Shown here: in pieces, positions 28,225 to 38,106 of the stretch
How positions within the stretch are numbered: position 1 is the stretch's first letter
Layout: the number at the start of each line of letters is the position of its first letter
Source: an uncultured Flavobacteriales bacterium
Lineage (GTDB): Bacteria > Bacteroidota > Bacteroidia > Flavobacteriales_D > Sanyastnellaceae
Reading direction: 5' to 3'
DNA length: 64,000 nt
Assembly: GCA_938085425.1 (NCBI GenBank)
Contig: CALKGQ010000001.1
Location: 1,850 to 65,849, forward strand
Position numbers and translations under genes: made by a program
The notes under the pieces: model-generated
The model's database searches: none
Told to the model about the DNA's origin: nothing
The model's input: only the letters and a program-made list of their open reading frames with translations

Positions 28225-30120
28225 ATGTGTGGCATTGCTGGGGCACATGGGTTGGAGTCTTTTCAGGGACTGGAGGATGCGCAAGAGCGCATCCAAAAGA
28301 TGACGGGCAGCCTCTCTCATGGCGGCCCTGACGCTGAAGGCGTTTGGACCGACCGTGAAAAGGTGGTGCTGGGCCACCGCAGATTGAGCATTTTGGACAC
28401 GGGTTCTGGTGCGAATCAGCCCCTTGTTTTGGCCCAGGATGCCTTGGTGTTCAATGGAGAGGTCTACAATTATCTGGAGCTTCGTCAAGAGCTGGAGGCA
28501 TCGTGTGGCCATGCTTTTGTCACCCAAGGGGACACAGAGGTGGTGTTGGTGGCGTTGCGGCACTGGGGGCTGGACAGGACACTCGCCCAACTCAACGGCA
28601 TGTTCGCCTTTGGTTGGTGGTCGGCAGACAGCGAGTCGCTTTTTTTGGTGCGGGACCGGATGGGCATCAAACCCCTTTACTGGCACCAAACCCCCAAAGG
28701 AACGGTGTTGTTTGCCTCCGAAGTGCGGACACTGCTTGCGTCAGAGCTCGTGCCGAGAAATGTGGACAGAGAGGCATTGTCAGAACAGTTGATGTATGGC
28801 ACGGTGCATGCCCCACGGACGGTGATCGACGGGGTGCAACTGATGCCTCCAGGAAGCTTGCTCAAGATCCAAGGCGCGGAGCTGCACGAGGCGACGTGGT
28901 GGGACCCGGCCCAAGCGGCCCAAGCAGTTCCCGGAATGTCCCATGGCGAGCGGCTCACGTATGTCCGCGACACCCTTTCAGACTCGGTGGGGTTGCGGAT
29001 GCGGTCCGATGTATCCTACGGGGCCTTCTTGTCCGGAGGAATCGACTCGAGCGCCGTGGTGGGGCTCATGTCCCAGCGGTCTGCACAACCCGTAAGCACA
29101 TTCAGTGTGGTCTTTGACGACGCAGCTTTGGACGAAGGACCGTGGTCCAGGGCCATGGCCCAAAAGTTTGGCACCCACCACCATGAAATTCGGCTGACGC
29201 CCTCTGATTTCCTCGACCAAGTCCCTGATGGATTGGCCGCGATGGACCACCCAAGCCCCGACGGACTCAACACCTATGTGGTGAGCGGTGCCACCCGAAG
29301 TGCAGGGGTCAAGGTCGCGTTGAGCGGTCTGGGGGGAGATGAGTTGTTTGCCGGGTATCCTGTGTTTGAGCGAAGCGCCCGTTTGGCCCGATTGAACTGG
29401 CTAGGGGCTTGGCCTCCGGGCTTGCGCAAAATGGTGGGCAAGGCCTACTGCGCATGGAAACCGGGAATGACGTCCCGCAAAATGGCAGAAGTGTTGGGGG
29501 GACATTACTTCGATGTGGCCCACACGTACCCCCTTTCACGTCAAATGTTCCTCCATGCCGATTTGCAGCGCATGTTGAAGCCCAATGTGCCATTGAACAA
29601 CGCTTTGTTTCAGTGGCTGGTGAAGGCTTTGGCGCCAGGCACGGCGGCCTTGGGTCTCCCGTTCTTGAGCCAGGTGTCCATCGCAGAGCTACGCACCTAC
29701 ATGGGGCACACGTTGCTCCGAGATGCCGACCAATTCAGCATGGCCCACGCCCTGGAGGTGCGCGTGCCGTTCTTGGACCACAGGCTTGTGGCGGCAGCTT
29801 TGGCCGCACCTGACGTGGACAAATACCCCACGACCCCCAAACGCCTTTTGGTCGACGCCTTGGACGGGCTGCTTCCCGAAGACCTTGTGAATCGACCCAA
29901 AATGGGCTTCGTGATGCCTTGGGAAGCTTGGATGCGCGGAGAGCTTCAGCAGACTTGTTCGCAAGGTTGGGCTGCACTCAAGGACCAGGCTTGGGTGAAT
30001 GGAGATGAAATTGGGCGCATGGAGACTGCGTTTGTTTCGGGCCGCCCGGAGTGGTCTTGGAGCCGAATGTGGTCGCTTGCCGTGCTTGGGGATTACCTTG
30101 AACGCCATGGCCTCCATTGA
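28225..30120 (+). CDS. asnB: Asparagine synthase (glutamine-hydrolysing)
   Basis: MCGIAG N-terminal Cys nucleophile at ATG 28225, SGGIDSS PP-loop. About 631 aa. Confidence 0.88.
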   Translation: MCGIAGAHGLESFQGLEDAQERIQKMTGSLSHGGPDAEGVWTDREKVVLGHRRLSILDTGSGANQPLVLAQDALVFNGEVYNYLELRQELEASCGHAFVTQGDTEVVLVALRHWGLDRTLAQLNGMFAFGWWSADSESLFLVRDRMGIKPLYWHQTPKGTVLFASEVRTLLASELVPRNVDREALSEQLMYGTVHAPRTVIDGVQLMPPGSLLKIQGAELHEATWWDPAQAAQAVPGMSHGERLTYVRDTLSDSVGLRMRSDVSYGAFLSGGIDSSAVVGLMSQRSAQPVSTFSVVFDDAALDEGPWSRAMAQKFGTHHHEIRLTPSDFLDQVPDGLAAMDHPSPDGLNTYVVSGATRSAGVKVALSGLGGDELFAGYPVFERSARLARLNWLGAWPPGLRKMVGKAYCAWKPGMTSRKMAEVLGGHYFDVAHTYPLSRQMFLHADLQRMLKPNVPLNNALFQWLVKALAPGTAALGLPFLSQVSIAELRTYMGHTLLRDADQFSMAHALEVRVPFLDHRLVAAALAAPDVDKYPTTPKRLLVDALDGLLPEDLVNRPKMGFVMPWEAWMRGELQQTCSQGWAALKDQAWVNGDEIGRMETAFVSGRPEWSWSRMWSLAVLGDYLERHGLH

Positions 30121-31282
30121 CGATCCTTCTCGCCCCGAGGGGCAGCGCATCATGGCGTTGGTGGAATGGTATCCTCCGGCGTTTGAAGCGGGTGGCCCCA
30201 TCCGCAGCGTCCACAATTTGATGCAACTGCTCAAGGCCCAAACCAACCATTCTTTGGAGGTGGTCTGTGGCGCGACCGACTTGGGCGGAGACGAAGTTTT
30301 GCCAGGCATCACGCCCAACCAAAGGGTGGACCAAGGGGGGGTCGCCGTCACCTACACCACCCCTGAGCATCGTTCCTTGCGCGCTTGGCGCAAACGACTT
30401 CAAGGGTCGAGCGATCAACCTCGTCCCGACACGCTTTACTTGAACAGCGTGTTTGGCACAGACTTCGCCCTGCGTCCCCTGTGGGTGGCACGCAGCCTCG
30501 GCATCCGTGTGGTGTTGGCACCAAGGGGGATGATGGGAAGGGGAGCGTTGCAGTTGAAGCCTGCCAAAAAACGTCTTTTCTTGGCCCTCGCGAGGGCATT
30601 GGGGTGGTTTCAGAATGTGGAGTGGCATGCGAGCACGGAACAGGAAAAGGAAGAGGTGCTGGCCCAATTTCCTCAAGCCACAGTGCATGTGGCCCTCAAC
30701 GTTCCTTTGATGTCGGCCCCGCATGTTCCCATGCCAATGACCTCGCCATTGAAATTGGTGATGCTCGGCCGAATCCATCCCAAAAAGAACCTTCACTTTG
30801 CCCTCGAGGCGTTGTCCAAGTTGGATGTGCAAGGTTCCACTGTAGAGGTGGAGTTGGTGGGGCCCGCAGAGGATGGCGTTTACTTGAACCGCTTGTTGGA
30901 CTTTTCTTCTGGGGGCCTTTCTGTGCGTCATCTGGGCGCCCTTCCGCCAGAAGCCTTGGGCGAGGTTTGGGCCAAGAACCACGCATTGCTCATGCCCACG
31001 ACCCATGAAAATTTTGGGCACGCCGTGGTGGAGGCTTGGGCCCATGGCCGCCCCGTTCTTTTGAGCGACCGGACGCCATGGAAAGGGCTGCGTGAGGAAA
31101 GCACGGGATGGGACGAGCCTTTGAACCCCGAATCTTGGGAGCGCGCCCTGAAAGACATGCTGACTTGGGACGATGACCGCTGGGCGGCCATGTCGAAGGC
31201 CAGCTTGGACAAGCACCGCGACTTGATGAATGACTCTGCCTTGGTGGCCGACAACGTCCGACTCTTCGAGGTTTCAGGATGA
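30107..31282 (+). CDS. Glycosyltransferase family 4 (GT-B, GT1-like)
   Basis: C-terminal ...PTTHENFGHAVVEAWAHGRPVLLSD (EX7E-type motif). Overlaps the asnB end by 14 nt. Confidence 0.75.
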   Translation: MASIDDPSRPEGQRIMALVEWYPPAFEAGGPIRSVHNLMQLLKAQTNHSLEVVCGATDLGGDEVLPGITPNQRVDQGGVAVTYTTPEHRSLRAWRKRLQGSSDQPRPDTLYLNSVFGTDFALRPLWVARSLGIRVVLAPRGMMGRGALQLKPAKKRLFLALARALGWFQNVEWHASTEQEKEEVLAQFPQATVHVALNVPLMSAPHVPMPMTSPLKLVMLGRIHPKKNLHFALEALSKLDVQGSTVEVELVGPAEDGVYLNRLLDFSSGGLSVRHLGALPPEALGEVWAKNHALLMPTTHENFGHAVVEAWAHGRPVLLSDRTPWKGLREESTGWDEPLNPESWERALKDMLTWDDDRWAAMSKASLDKHRDLMNDSALVADNVRLFEVSG

Positions 31283-31310
31283 TCGTTTTTTCACGCCTTA
31301 TTCTTGTGTC

Positions 31311-32300
31311 ATGGATTTGATCACCCAAGCTGTTTTTGGGGCCACCACTTTTGCGGTTGTGAGAGGAAGGGGGGTGGCCACCAAGGAAGTGTTTTGGGGG
31401 GCGGCGATGGGGGCGTTGCCGGACATGGACGTTTTGACCATGCCGTTTTTGGGCCCCGTGGAAGCCTTGCTGGGCCACCGCACGTGGTCCCATTCTGTTT
31501 TTGCCGCCGCCGCATTGGCCGCAATTTTGACCTTCTGGAGGGCGAGGCGCACTCCCAATCAACCCAACCTTCTTCGATGGGGTGCAGCCACCTTTGCCGC
31601 CCTGCACACCCACGCATGGCTTGACATGTTGACCACGTTTGGCACCCAGACGTTGTACCCTGTATGGGAGGAGAGGATTGCCTGGGATGTGGTGCATGTG
31701 TTTCATCCTGCCGCCACTCTTTCCTTGCTGTTCCCTTGGTTGGTGGAGTGGAGACGAGGCAGCCAGAGGTGGTTCCGTGCGGGCCAGTGGTCGACTTTGG
31801 CAGGAGTTGTGGTGCTCATGTGGGCCATGGGTGCCAAATCCCTCGCGACCCAACGGTTGGCCTCCAACCTGACGCTGAGAAAAGGGCCAGACGTCGTCCT
31901 TCGGGTGGTGCCCACACCGTTCAACAGCTGGCTTTGGCACGGGGTGGTTTCGACTCCGGACTCCATGGGCTTTGCCACCACCCACGTTGGCAAACAAGAA
32001 GAGGTCACTTGGCATTGGGTGACGCAAAACAAGGAAGGGGTAGCACGCACCCAAGGGTTGTCACAGGTCCAAAGGTTCAAGCTGTATACAGGCAAAGAAT
32101 GTCTCGTGCGCCGGGACTTGCCTTCCGGCACCACGCAGTTGTACGCGGTGAAATACGGCCCCACCAACTACCAAGGCCCTCCAAGGTTTGTCTTCCCGCT
32201 TGTGGTCCAAGACGGTGAGCAGGAAGGGTCCTTTGCGGATGACGAGAACTTCACAGGGCCATGGTCGAACGCTCCTGAACTTTGGGAGCGCTTGTGGTGA
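31311..32300 (+). CDS. Membrane-bound metal-dependent hydrolase (YdjM/DUF457-like)
   Basis: MDLITQAVFGATT... start typical of the family. Several TM helices with conserved His residues. Confidence 0.6.
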   Translation: MDLITQAVFGATTFAVVRGRGVATKEVFWGAAMGALPDMDVLTMPFLGPVEALLGHRTWSHSVFAAAALAAILTFWRARRTPNQPNLLRWGAATFAALHTHAWLDMLTTFGTQTLYPVWEERIAWDVVHVFHPAATLSLLFPWLVEWRRGSQRWFRAGQWSTLAGVVVLMWAMGAKSLATQRLASNLTLRKGPDVVLRVVPTPFNSWLWHGVVSTPDSMGFATTHVGKQEEVTWHWVTQNKEGVARTQGLSQVQRFKLYTGKECLVRRDLPSGTTQLYAVKYGPTNYQGPPRFVFPLVVQDGEQEGSFADDENFTGPWSNAPELWERLW

Positions 32301-32368
32301 GTTGTCATCTGGTCAATGCTTTTCATAGGATTTTTGTCTGAAGCCCCCAAGTCCACGAACTTGCCCGC

Positions 32369-33331
32369 ATGAAGAAGACAAACCGAGTGTGCCAAGTTTT
32401 GGGGACGACATTCCCCATTGTGCAGGCCGGGATGGTGTGGTGCAGTGGTTGGGAGTTGGCAAGCGCCGTGAGCAACGCTGGCGGACTTGGGGTGTTGGGG
32501 GCGGGGAGCATGTACCCAGAAGCATTGAGAACCCACATTGAAAAGGTGAAAGAAACGGCCCCAGGATTGCCATTCGCAGTGAATGTGCCGTTGTTGTACC
32601 CTGCCGTGGAGGAGCACATGAAGAGCATTGTGGATCTCAACGTGCCGGTGGTCATCACCAGCGCAGGAAACCCGAAGGCTTGGACGGCACACCTCAAGGA
32701 ACATGGCATTCGGGTGATGCATGTGGTGAGCAGTGTGAAATTTGGTTTGAAGGCGGAGCAGGCGGGGGTCGACGCGGTGATTGCCGAAGGGTTTGAGGCG
32801 GGTGGACACAACGGCCGGGAAGAAACGACAACCATGTGTTTGGTCCCTGCTGTGGCAGACGCTTGCAAGGTGCCTGTCATTGCCGCAGGAGGGCTGCACG
32901 ATGGCCGCTCGGTGGTGGCTGCCATGGTCCTAGGCGCGGAAGGCGTTCAGTTGGGCTCGCGTTTTGTGGCGACGCCGGAAAGCTCTGCCCACCAGGCCTT
33001 CAAGGAGGCAGTGCTTTCGGCAGAGGAAGGCTCGACCAGCTTGGAATTGAAAGAGGTCACTCCTGTGAGGCTTCTGGACAACCCCTTCGCGCAACGTGTG
33101 GTGGCCGCCCAACAGGCGGGCGCTTCGCAAGACGAACTTCGCGCCCTTTTGGGAAGAGGAAGGGCGAAGCGTGGCATGTTTGAAGGGGACATGACTGAAG
33201 GGGAGTTGGAGATTGGGCAAGTGTCTTCGATGCTTCGCGACCTGGAGCCTGCGGGGGACATCGTGGAACGACTTGTGAAGGAGTGCATGGCGCTGGCGGG
33301 CCCCGATTGGGCCACCCGTTGGGGCCTTTGA
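32369..33331 (+). CDS. NAD(P)H-dependent flavin oxidoreductase (nitronate monooxygenase / FabK-like)
   Basis: PIVQAGMVWCSGWELASAVSNAGGLGVLGAG, AEGFEAGGH, VIAAGG. Confidence 0.8.
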   Translation: MKKTNRVCQVLGTTFPIVQAGMVWCSGWELASAVSNAGGLGVLGAGSMYPEALRTHIEKVKETAPGLPFAVNVPLLYPAVEEHMKSIVDLNVPVVITSAGNPKAWTAHLKEHGIRVMHVVSSVKFGLKAEQAGVDAVIAEGFEAGGHNGREETTTMCLVPAVADACKVPVIAAGGLHDGRSVVAAMVLGAEGVQLGSRFVATPESSAHQAFKEAVLSAEEGSTSLELKEVTPVRLLDNPFAQRVVAAQQAGASQDELRALLGRGRAKRGMFEGDMTEGELEIGQVSSMLRDLEPAGDIVERLVKECMALAGPDWATRWGL

Positions 33332-33401
33332 TGCCCGCATTGAACACAGGGAACGCAAAGGAGTTGTATCTTCCTAGACTCTGAACCTCAACCCTTTCCT
33401 C

Positions 33402-36251
33402 ATGCCTTCTATCATACGCCTGTCTTTGGTTTCCTTGTTGTTCACCACGTTGCCTCAGTGGAGCTGGGGACAGTCCTTTGTGAATGGCAATGGCGCTTTG
33501 CCCCAAACGTTCAACAGTGGGGGGTGTGTTGGCTTCGCGGATTTGGACGGCGACGGCCTGGACGATTTGATCGTTTTGGACCAAAGCCGGGACCTGCACA
33601 CTTTGTACCAAACGCCTGCAGGGACGTTCGAAGACTACCCATTGGGCCAGGTTTCGGGCTCCAGCCAGTGGGGCATGTGTGTGGGGGACTTTGACAACGA
33701 CGGCCACAAGGACGTTTTCAGCGGAGGGTCCTACGACGGCGTGCACATGATGCACATCACCGCCCCTGGGCAAGCGAACCTTCAAAGCTTGGGCAACGGG
33801 AGCATGTTCATGCAAGCTTGCAACATGGCGGACATTGACATGGACGGTGTCTTGGATGTTTTTGCGTGCCACGACGATGCCGTCAGCCGCCTTTGGAAAG
33901 GAGAAGAATCAGGTTCGCTTTCCAGCGAATCTGGCTTGATGCCCTTGACCAGCTACGACACGGGAGGTTATCCCAACACGGACCACAGTGGCAACTACGG
34001 CTCCGTTTGGACGGATTTCGACAGGGACGGGGATTTGGACCTCTACATTGCCAAGTGCCGCCAATTCGTCAATGACCCCCAGGACCCGCGCAGGGTCAAT
34101 CAACTGTGGGTCAACGACGGGCAAGGCAATTACACGGAGGAAGCTGCAGCTCGGGGTTTGGTCTTTTTTGAGCAGAGCTGGACGGCAGACTTTGCAGACG
34201 TGGACAACGATGGAGACTTCGATTGTTTGGTCACCAACCACAGCACGACCCTGTTTTTGCTTGAGAACAACGGCGCAGGCCAATTCACAAACATCACCGA
34301 GGGCAGCGGCCTGGAAGTCACAGGCTTCTTTCTCCAAGCCAAAATGGAGGACTTTGACAACGACGGCTACGTGGACCTCGTTTACAGCGGAGGGGTTCAT
34401 GCCTATTTCCACAACAACGGAGACCAAACCTTCACCCAAGTGCCCAACATGTTCCCCTACGGCGACACGATGCACAGCTTTGCCACAGGCGATGTCAACC
34501 GCGACGGTCAGGTGGATTTGTACGCGAGCTACGGAAACGGCTACGTCACCGCAGACAATGGCAACGACGATGTCTTGTGGCTGAACGAAGGCAACGCCGA
34601 CCAGCATTGGATCACCTTTGAGCTCGAAGGATTCCAATCGAACAGAGACGCTGTGGGCGCCACGGTCGAAATCACCGGCTCTTTTGGCACGCAAGTGCGC
34701 AGCGTGCGCGCTGGAGAGAGCTACGGCATCACCTCGACGTTTTCATGCCACTTTGGGCTGGGTGCGGCCGATGTTGTGGAAACGGCCACGGTGTTTTGGC
34801 CTAGTGGTTTGACCACGGAACTGACGGCTCCTTCAGTCGATCAATACCACACTGTCCTCGAAGTGCCTTGCACAGTGCCCCTTGCCATCGAGGCCTCGGC
34901 CACAAGCATCTGCCCCGGGGAGAGCGCCATCTTGATGGCACCTGTTGGGTTTGATTCTTACCAATGGAGCAACGGCACCACGGCCGGCAACATGCTGGAA
35001 GTGACAGAAGCGGGACTCTATGCACTGACCGCCTTCAATGCGGAGGGATGTGCAGGCTTGTCCAACACTGTGCAGGTGGAGGTCTTGGACGGTTCTGTGG
35101 CACCGACGGTGGCTGTGGAAGGAGATGAAAACCTCTGCGCAGGAAGCACATGGACATTGAGCGCAAGTGATGGCTCAGCCTATCTGTGGAGCAATGGCGC
35201 CACCACTTCGAGCATCGAGGTGGGGGTTTCAGGATCCTATTCGGTGTCCGTCGAGGACCAGTGTGGCAATGCCATCTCGTCTTCAGAGGTGGACGTTGTG
35301 GTGTTTGATGGCCCAACGGAGGCCCCAATCATCTCCCCCGACACCACTTTGTCTTCCCCCGGATCGATTCTGTTGACGGCGGAGGCAACAGGAGGGGCGC
35401 TGATCCAGTGGTTTGACGCTGAAGTTGGAGGCAACTTGGTGGCAGAAGGATCGGATGTCAACCTGCCTTTGGTCACGGAGTCCACCACATTGTGGGCAGA
35501 GGCGAGCCAGGTCACCACAGGTCCTTCTGGGACGGGCGGTGAACTTGCGGTGCAGCCCGGAGGACAGTACCACCCCAACAGCGCGCGCTGGTTGGAATTT
35601 GACGTCACCGAGCCCATGCGACTTGTCGATGTGACCTTGCAAGCCAACGGCACCTTTGACCGGTCATTTGAGATCATCGATGCCTTTGGGCAGGTCTTGT
35701 GGTCTGCCACCGAAGAAGTCCAGGATGGGGAGCACCTGCTGTCCATCGGTGTGGAATTGGAACCGGGCTCAGGATACGGTTTGCGCTGCACCACGGACGA
35801 CCCTCAGCTTTGGCGAGAGGGAACGTCGTCGGCCTTGAGTTACCCTTACGATTTGGCGGGACTGGGTTCCATCACCAACAGCACGGCAGGTCCGAGTTTG
35901 GAGTATTACTACTTCTTCTATGTCTGGAACGTGGAAAGCACGTTGGACGTCACGTGCGCCGGACCACGCTCGTCTGTGACCATTGACGTGTCCCAATGCA
36001 CGGACCCTGGCGCATGCAACTTCAACGCGAGCGCCACGGTGGACGACGGGTCATGTGAGTACGCGTCTTGCGCGGAGACCTGCTATGGCGACTTGAATGG
36101 CGATGGAAGCATCACGGTGGGCGACTTGTTGACCGTGCTCTCGGACTTTGGTTGCGCGTCGTCCTGCAATGCGGACATTGATGGGGACGACCAAGTGTCC
36201 GTGCAGGATTTGCTCGCGTTGCTCTCCGTCTTTGGAGAAGTCTGCAACTGA
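33402..36251 (+). CDS. Secreted FG-GAP/VCBS 7-repeat propeller with ASPIC/UnbV domain (CRTAC1-like), Ig-like repeats and a C-terminal dockerin-like pair
   Basis: Signal peptide. Seven DxDxDG-type repeats (FADLDGDGLDD, VGDFDNDGHKD, ...). UnbV/ASPIC stretch (AVGATVEITGSFGTQVRSVRAGESYGI). YxWSNG Ig-like modules. C-terminal DLNGDGSITVGDLLTVLSDFG... Confidence 0.8.
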   Translation: MPSIIRLSLVSLLFTTLPQWSWGQSFVNGNGALPQTFNSGGCVGFADLDGDGLDDLIVLDQSRDLHTLYQTPAGTFEDYPLGQVSGSSQWGMCVGDFDNDGHKDVFSGGSYDGVHMMHITAPGQANLQSLGNGSMFMQACNMADIDMDGVLDVFACHDDAVSRLWKGEESGSLSSESGLMPLTSYDTGGYPNTDHSGNYGSVWTDFDRDGDLDLYIAKCRQFVNDPQDPRRVNQLWVNDGQGNYTEEAAARGLVFFEQSWTADFADVDNDGDFDCLVTNHSTTLFLLENNGAGQFTNITEGSGLEVTGFFLQAKMEDFDNDGYVDLVYSGGVHAYFHNNGDQTFTQVPNMFPYGDTMHSFATGDVNRDGQVDLYASYGNGYVTADNGNDDVLWLNEGNADQHWITFELEGFQSNRDAVGATVEITGSFGTQVRSVRAGESYGITSTFSCHFGLGAADVVETATVFWPSGLTTELTAPSVDQYHTVLEVPCTVPLAIEASATSICPGESAILMAPVGFDSYQWSNGTTAGNMLEVTEAGLYALTAFNAEGCAGLSNTVQVEVLDGSVAPTVAVEGDENLCAGSTWTLSASDGSAYLWSNGATTSSIEVGVSGSYSVSVEDQCGNAISSSEVDVVVFDGPTEAPIISPDTTLSSPGSILLTAEATGGALIQWFDAEVGGNLVAEGSDVNLPLVTESTTLWAEASQVTTGPSGTGGELAVQPGGQYHPNSARWLEFDVTEPMRLVDVTLQANGTFDRSFEIIDAFGQVLWSATEEVQDGEHLLSIGVELEPGSGYGLRCTTDDPQLWREGTSSALSYPYDLAGLGSITNSTAGPSLEYYYFFYVWNVESTLDVTCAGPRSSVTIDVSQCTDPGACNFNASATVDDGSCEYASCAETCYGDLNGDGSITVGDLLTVLSDFGCASSCNADIDGDDQVSVQDLLALLSVFGEVCN
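35997..36248 (+). other. C-terminal module A: CxDPxACNF...DDGSCEY motif plus two dockerin-like EF-hand repeats ending FGEVCN-stop
   Basis: CTDPGACNFNASATVDDGSCEYASCAETCYGDLNGDGSITVGDLLTVLSDFGCASSCNADIDGDDQVSVQDLLALLSVFGEVCN. Confidence 0.7.
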
Positions 36252-36263
36252 CGGGGAGACCCC

Positions 36264-38069
36264 TTATTTCTTGGCCTCGTGAAAGTGGGCGCGAATGGCT
36301 TTGGCCACGCGCAAACTGACCACGCCCAACAGCTGGGTCTCCGTCGCTGCGCGGACCCCTTCGATGTCGCCAAAATGGCCCATCAGTGCCTCCCGTGTTT
36401 TGGCCCCCACGCCAGCAATGTCGTCCAAGGCGGAATGAAGGAACGCTTTGCTCCTGCGCTTTCTGTGGTGGGCAAGGGAGAAACGGTGGGCCTCGTCGCG
36501 CATGTGTTGCACCACCCTCAATGTGGGTGAGCGTTTGTCCAGGTAAATGGGCACGCTGTCGCCCGGAAAGTACAATTCTTCCAATCGCTTGGCGATCCCC
36601 ACAAAGGCAATCTCTCCCCTCAAGCCAAGTTCGTCGATGGCTTCCATGGCATGAGAGAGCTGTCCTTTTCCGCCATCGATGACGACCATCTGTGGCAGGG
36701 ACTCTCCCTCTTCCTTCAAGCGTTTGTACCTGCGGTACACAGCCTCCTTCATGCTGGCAAAGTCATCCGGACCTTCCACCGTTCGGATGTTGAATTTCCT
36801 GTAATCTCGTTTGGCGGGTTTGCCATTCCTGAACACGACACATGCGGAGGCTGGGGAGGTGCCTTGGATGTTGCTGTTGTCGAAGCACTCCATGTGAACG
36901 GGGTGTTCTTTGAGACGCAAGTCGTGCATCATGGTCTCCATGAGCCGTTCTTTTGCGGCGTCTGGGTCCACCTGCTCCAACTGTGCATGTCGGTCCCTCA
37001 TGGCAAACTGGGCATTGCGCAGGCTCATGTCCAGCAGTTTCTTTTTGTCCCCTCGCTGAGGCACCAAACACTCGGCCCCCAGCAACTCCAAGGACACGTC
37101 CACTTGGGCGAGGACGGTGCGGCTGGCCACGTTGAAGCGGTCCCGTATTTGAGGGATGGCCGCCTCAAGCACTTGGGCATCGGTTTCATCCAAGCGACGC
37201 TTGAATTCGAGGGTTTGCCCTTGCACCACGGCACCGTTGTGGATGCGCATGAAGTTCACAAAAGACGACTTGGCATCGCTCACGAGCCCATACACTTCCA
37301 CGTCGGAGATGGTCGGGTGGACCACGGTGCTTTTGGCTTGGAACTTGGCCACGGCTTCCAGCTTGAGCTTGAGCCGTTCTGCCTCTTCAAACCGAAGATC
37401 TTCGGCGGCGGCCGACATGGCTGCTTTCAGGGCAGCCTTCACCTGTCCCAGGTTGCCGCGAAGCACGTGTCGGATGGCGGCGATGCTTTCGTTGTAGGCC
37501 TCTTCCGTTTGCTTGCCCACACAAGGCCCCAGGCAGTTCCCAACATGGTACTCAAGGCATACCCGAAACTTGCCCGAGTTGATGTTTTCTTCCGTCAGGG
37601 CCAAGCTGCACGTGCGCACCGGATAGAGCTTCTTGCACAAGTCCAGCACGGCGTGCATCCCTTTGACATGCGAATAGGGGCCAAAGTATTCACTGCCATC
37701 CTTGCGCACTTGACGGGTGGGGAAGACCCTTGGGAAACGCTCCTTTTTCAACACGAGGAAGGGGTAGGTTTTGTCGTCCTTGAGCTGGATGTTGTAGATG
37801 GGCTTGTGCTCCTTGATCATGCTGTTTTCCAACAACAAGGCATCGGACTCAGAGGCAGTGACAATCCACTGGATGTCGTGGATTTTTCGAACCAAAAGCC
37901 TGGTCTTTCCGTTGGCTTGGTTCTTTGTGAAATAGCTGGAAGCTCTTTTCTTTAGGTTCTTGGCCTTCCCGATGTAGAGCAATTTCCCTTGGGCATCAAA
38001 GTGCTGATACACCCCTGGTTCTTGCGGCATGCGCTCCAAGATTGGCTGGATGTGTTTGGGGGCGGCCAT
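36264..38069 (-). CDS. uvrC: Excinuclease ABC subunit C
   Basis: GIY-YIG N-terminus (PGVYQHFDAQGKLLYIGKAKNLKKR), UvrBC domain, C-terminal HhH. ATG 38069 preferred to track start 38252. Confidence 0.93.
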   Translation of the reverse strand: MAAPKHIQPILERMPQEPGVYQHFDAQGKLLYIGKAKNLKKRASSYFTKNQANGKTRLLVRKIHDIQWIVTASESDALLLENSMIKEHKPIYNIQLKDDKTYPFLVLKKERFPRVFPTRQVRKDGSEYFGPYSHVKGMHAVLDLCKKLYPVRTCSLALTEENINSGKFRVCLEYHVGNCLGPCVGKQTEEAYNESIAAIRHVLRGNLGQVKAALKAAMSAAAEDLRFEEAERLKLKLEAVAKFQAKSTVVHPTISDVEVYGLVSDAKSSFVNFMRIHNGAVVQGQTLEFKRRLDETDAQVLEAAIPQIRDRFNVASRTVLAQVDVSLELLGAECLVPQRGDKKKLLDMSLRNAQFAMRDRHAQLEQVDPDAAKERLMETMMHDLRLKEHPVHMECFDNSNIQGTSPASACVVFRNGKPAKRDYRKFNIRTVEGPDDFASMKEAVYRRYKRLKEEGESLPQMVVIDGGKGQLSHAMEAIDELGLRGEIAFVGIAKRLEELYFPGDSVPIYLDKRSPTLRVVQHMRDEAHRFSLAHHRKRRSKAFLHSALDDIAGVGAKTREALMGHFGDIEGVRAATETQLLGVVSLRVAKAIRAHFHEAKK

Positions 38070-38106
38070 CGTTGAACGAAGGTAGGTCGCGCAGTACTTT
38101 CGAGAC

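Noticed and set aside
36251-36261. GGGGAGACCCC mini-hairpin between the FG-GAP gene and uvrC as a bidirectional terminator. Also the GGCCGCAAGGCC hairpin after atpG (13175-13186).
   Set aside because: The stems are only 4 bp. They might assist termination but are too weak to annotate confidently.
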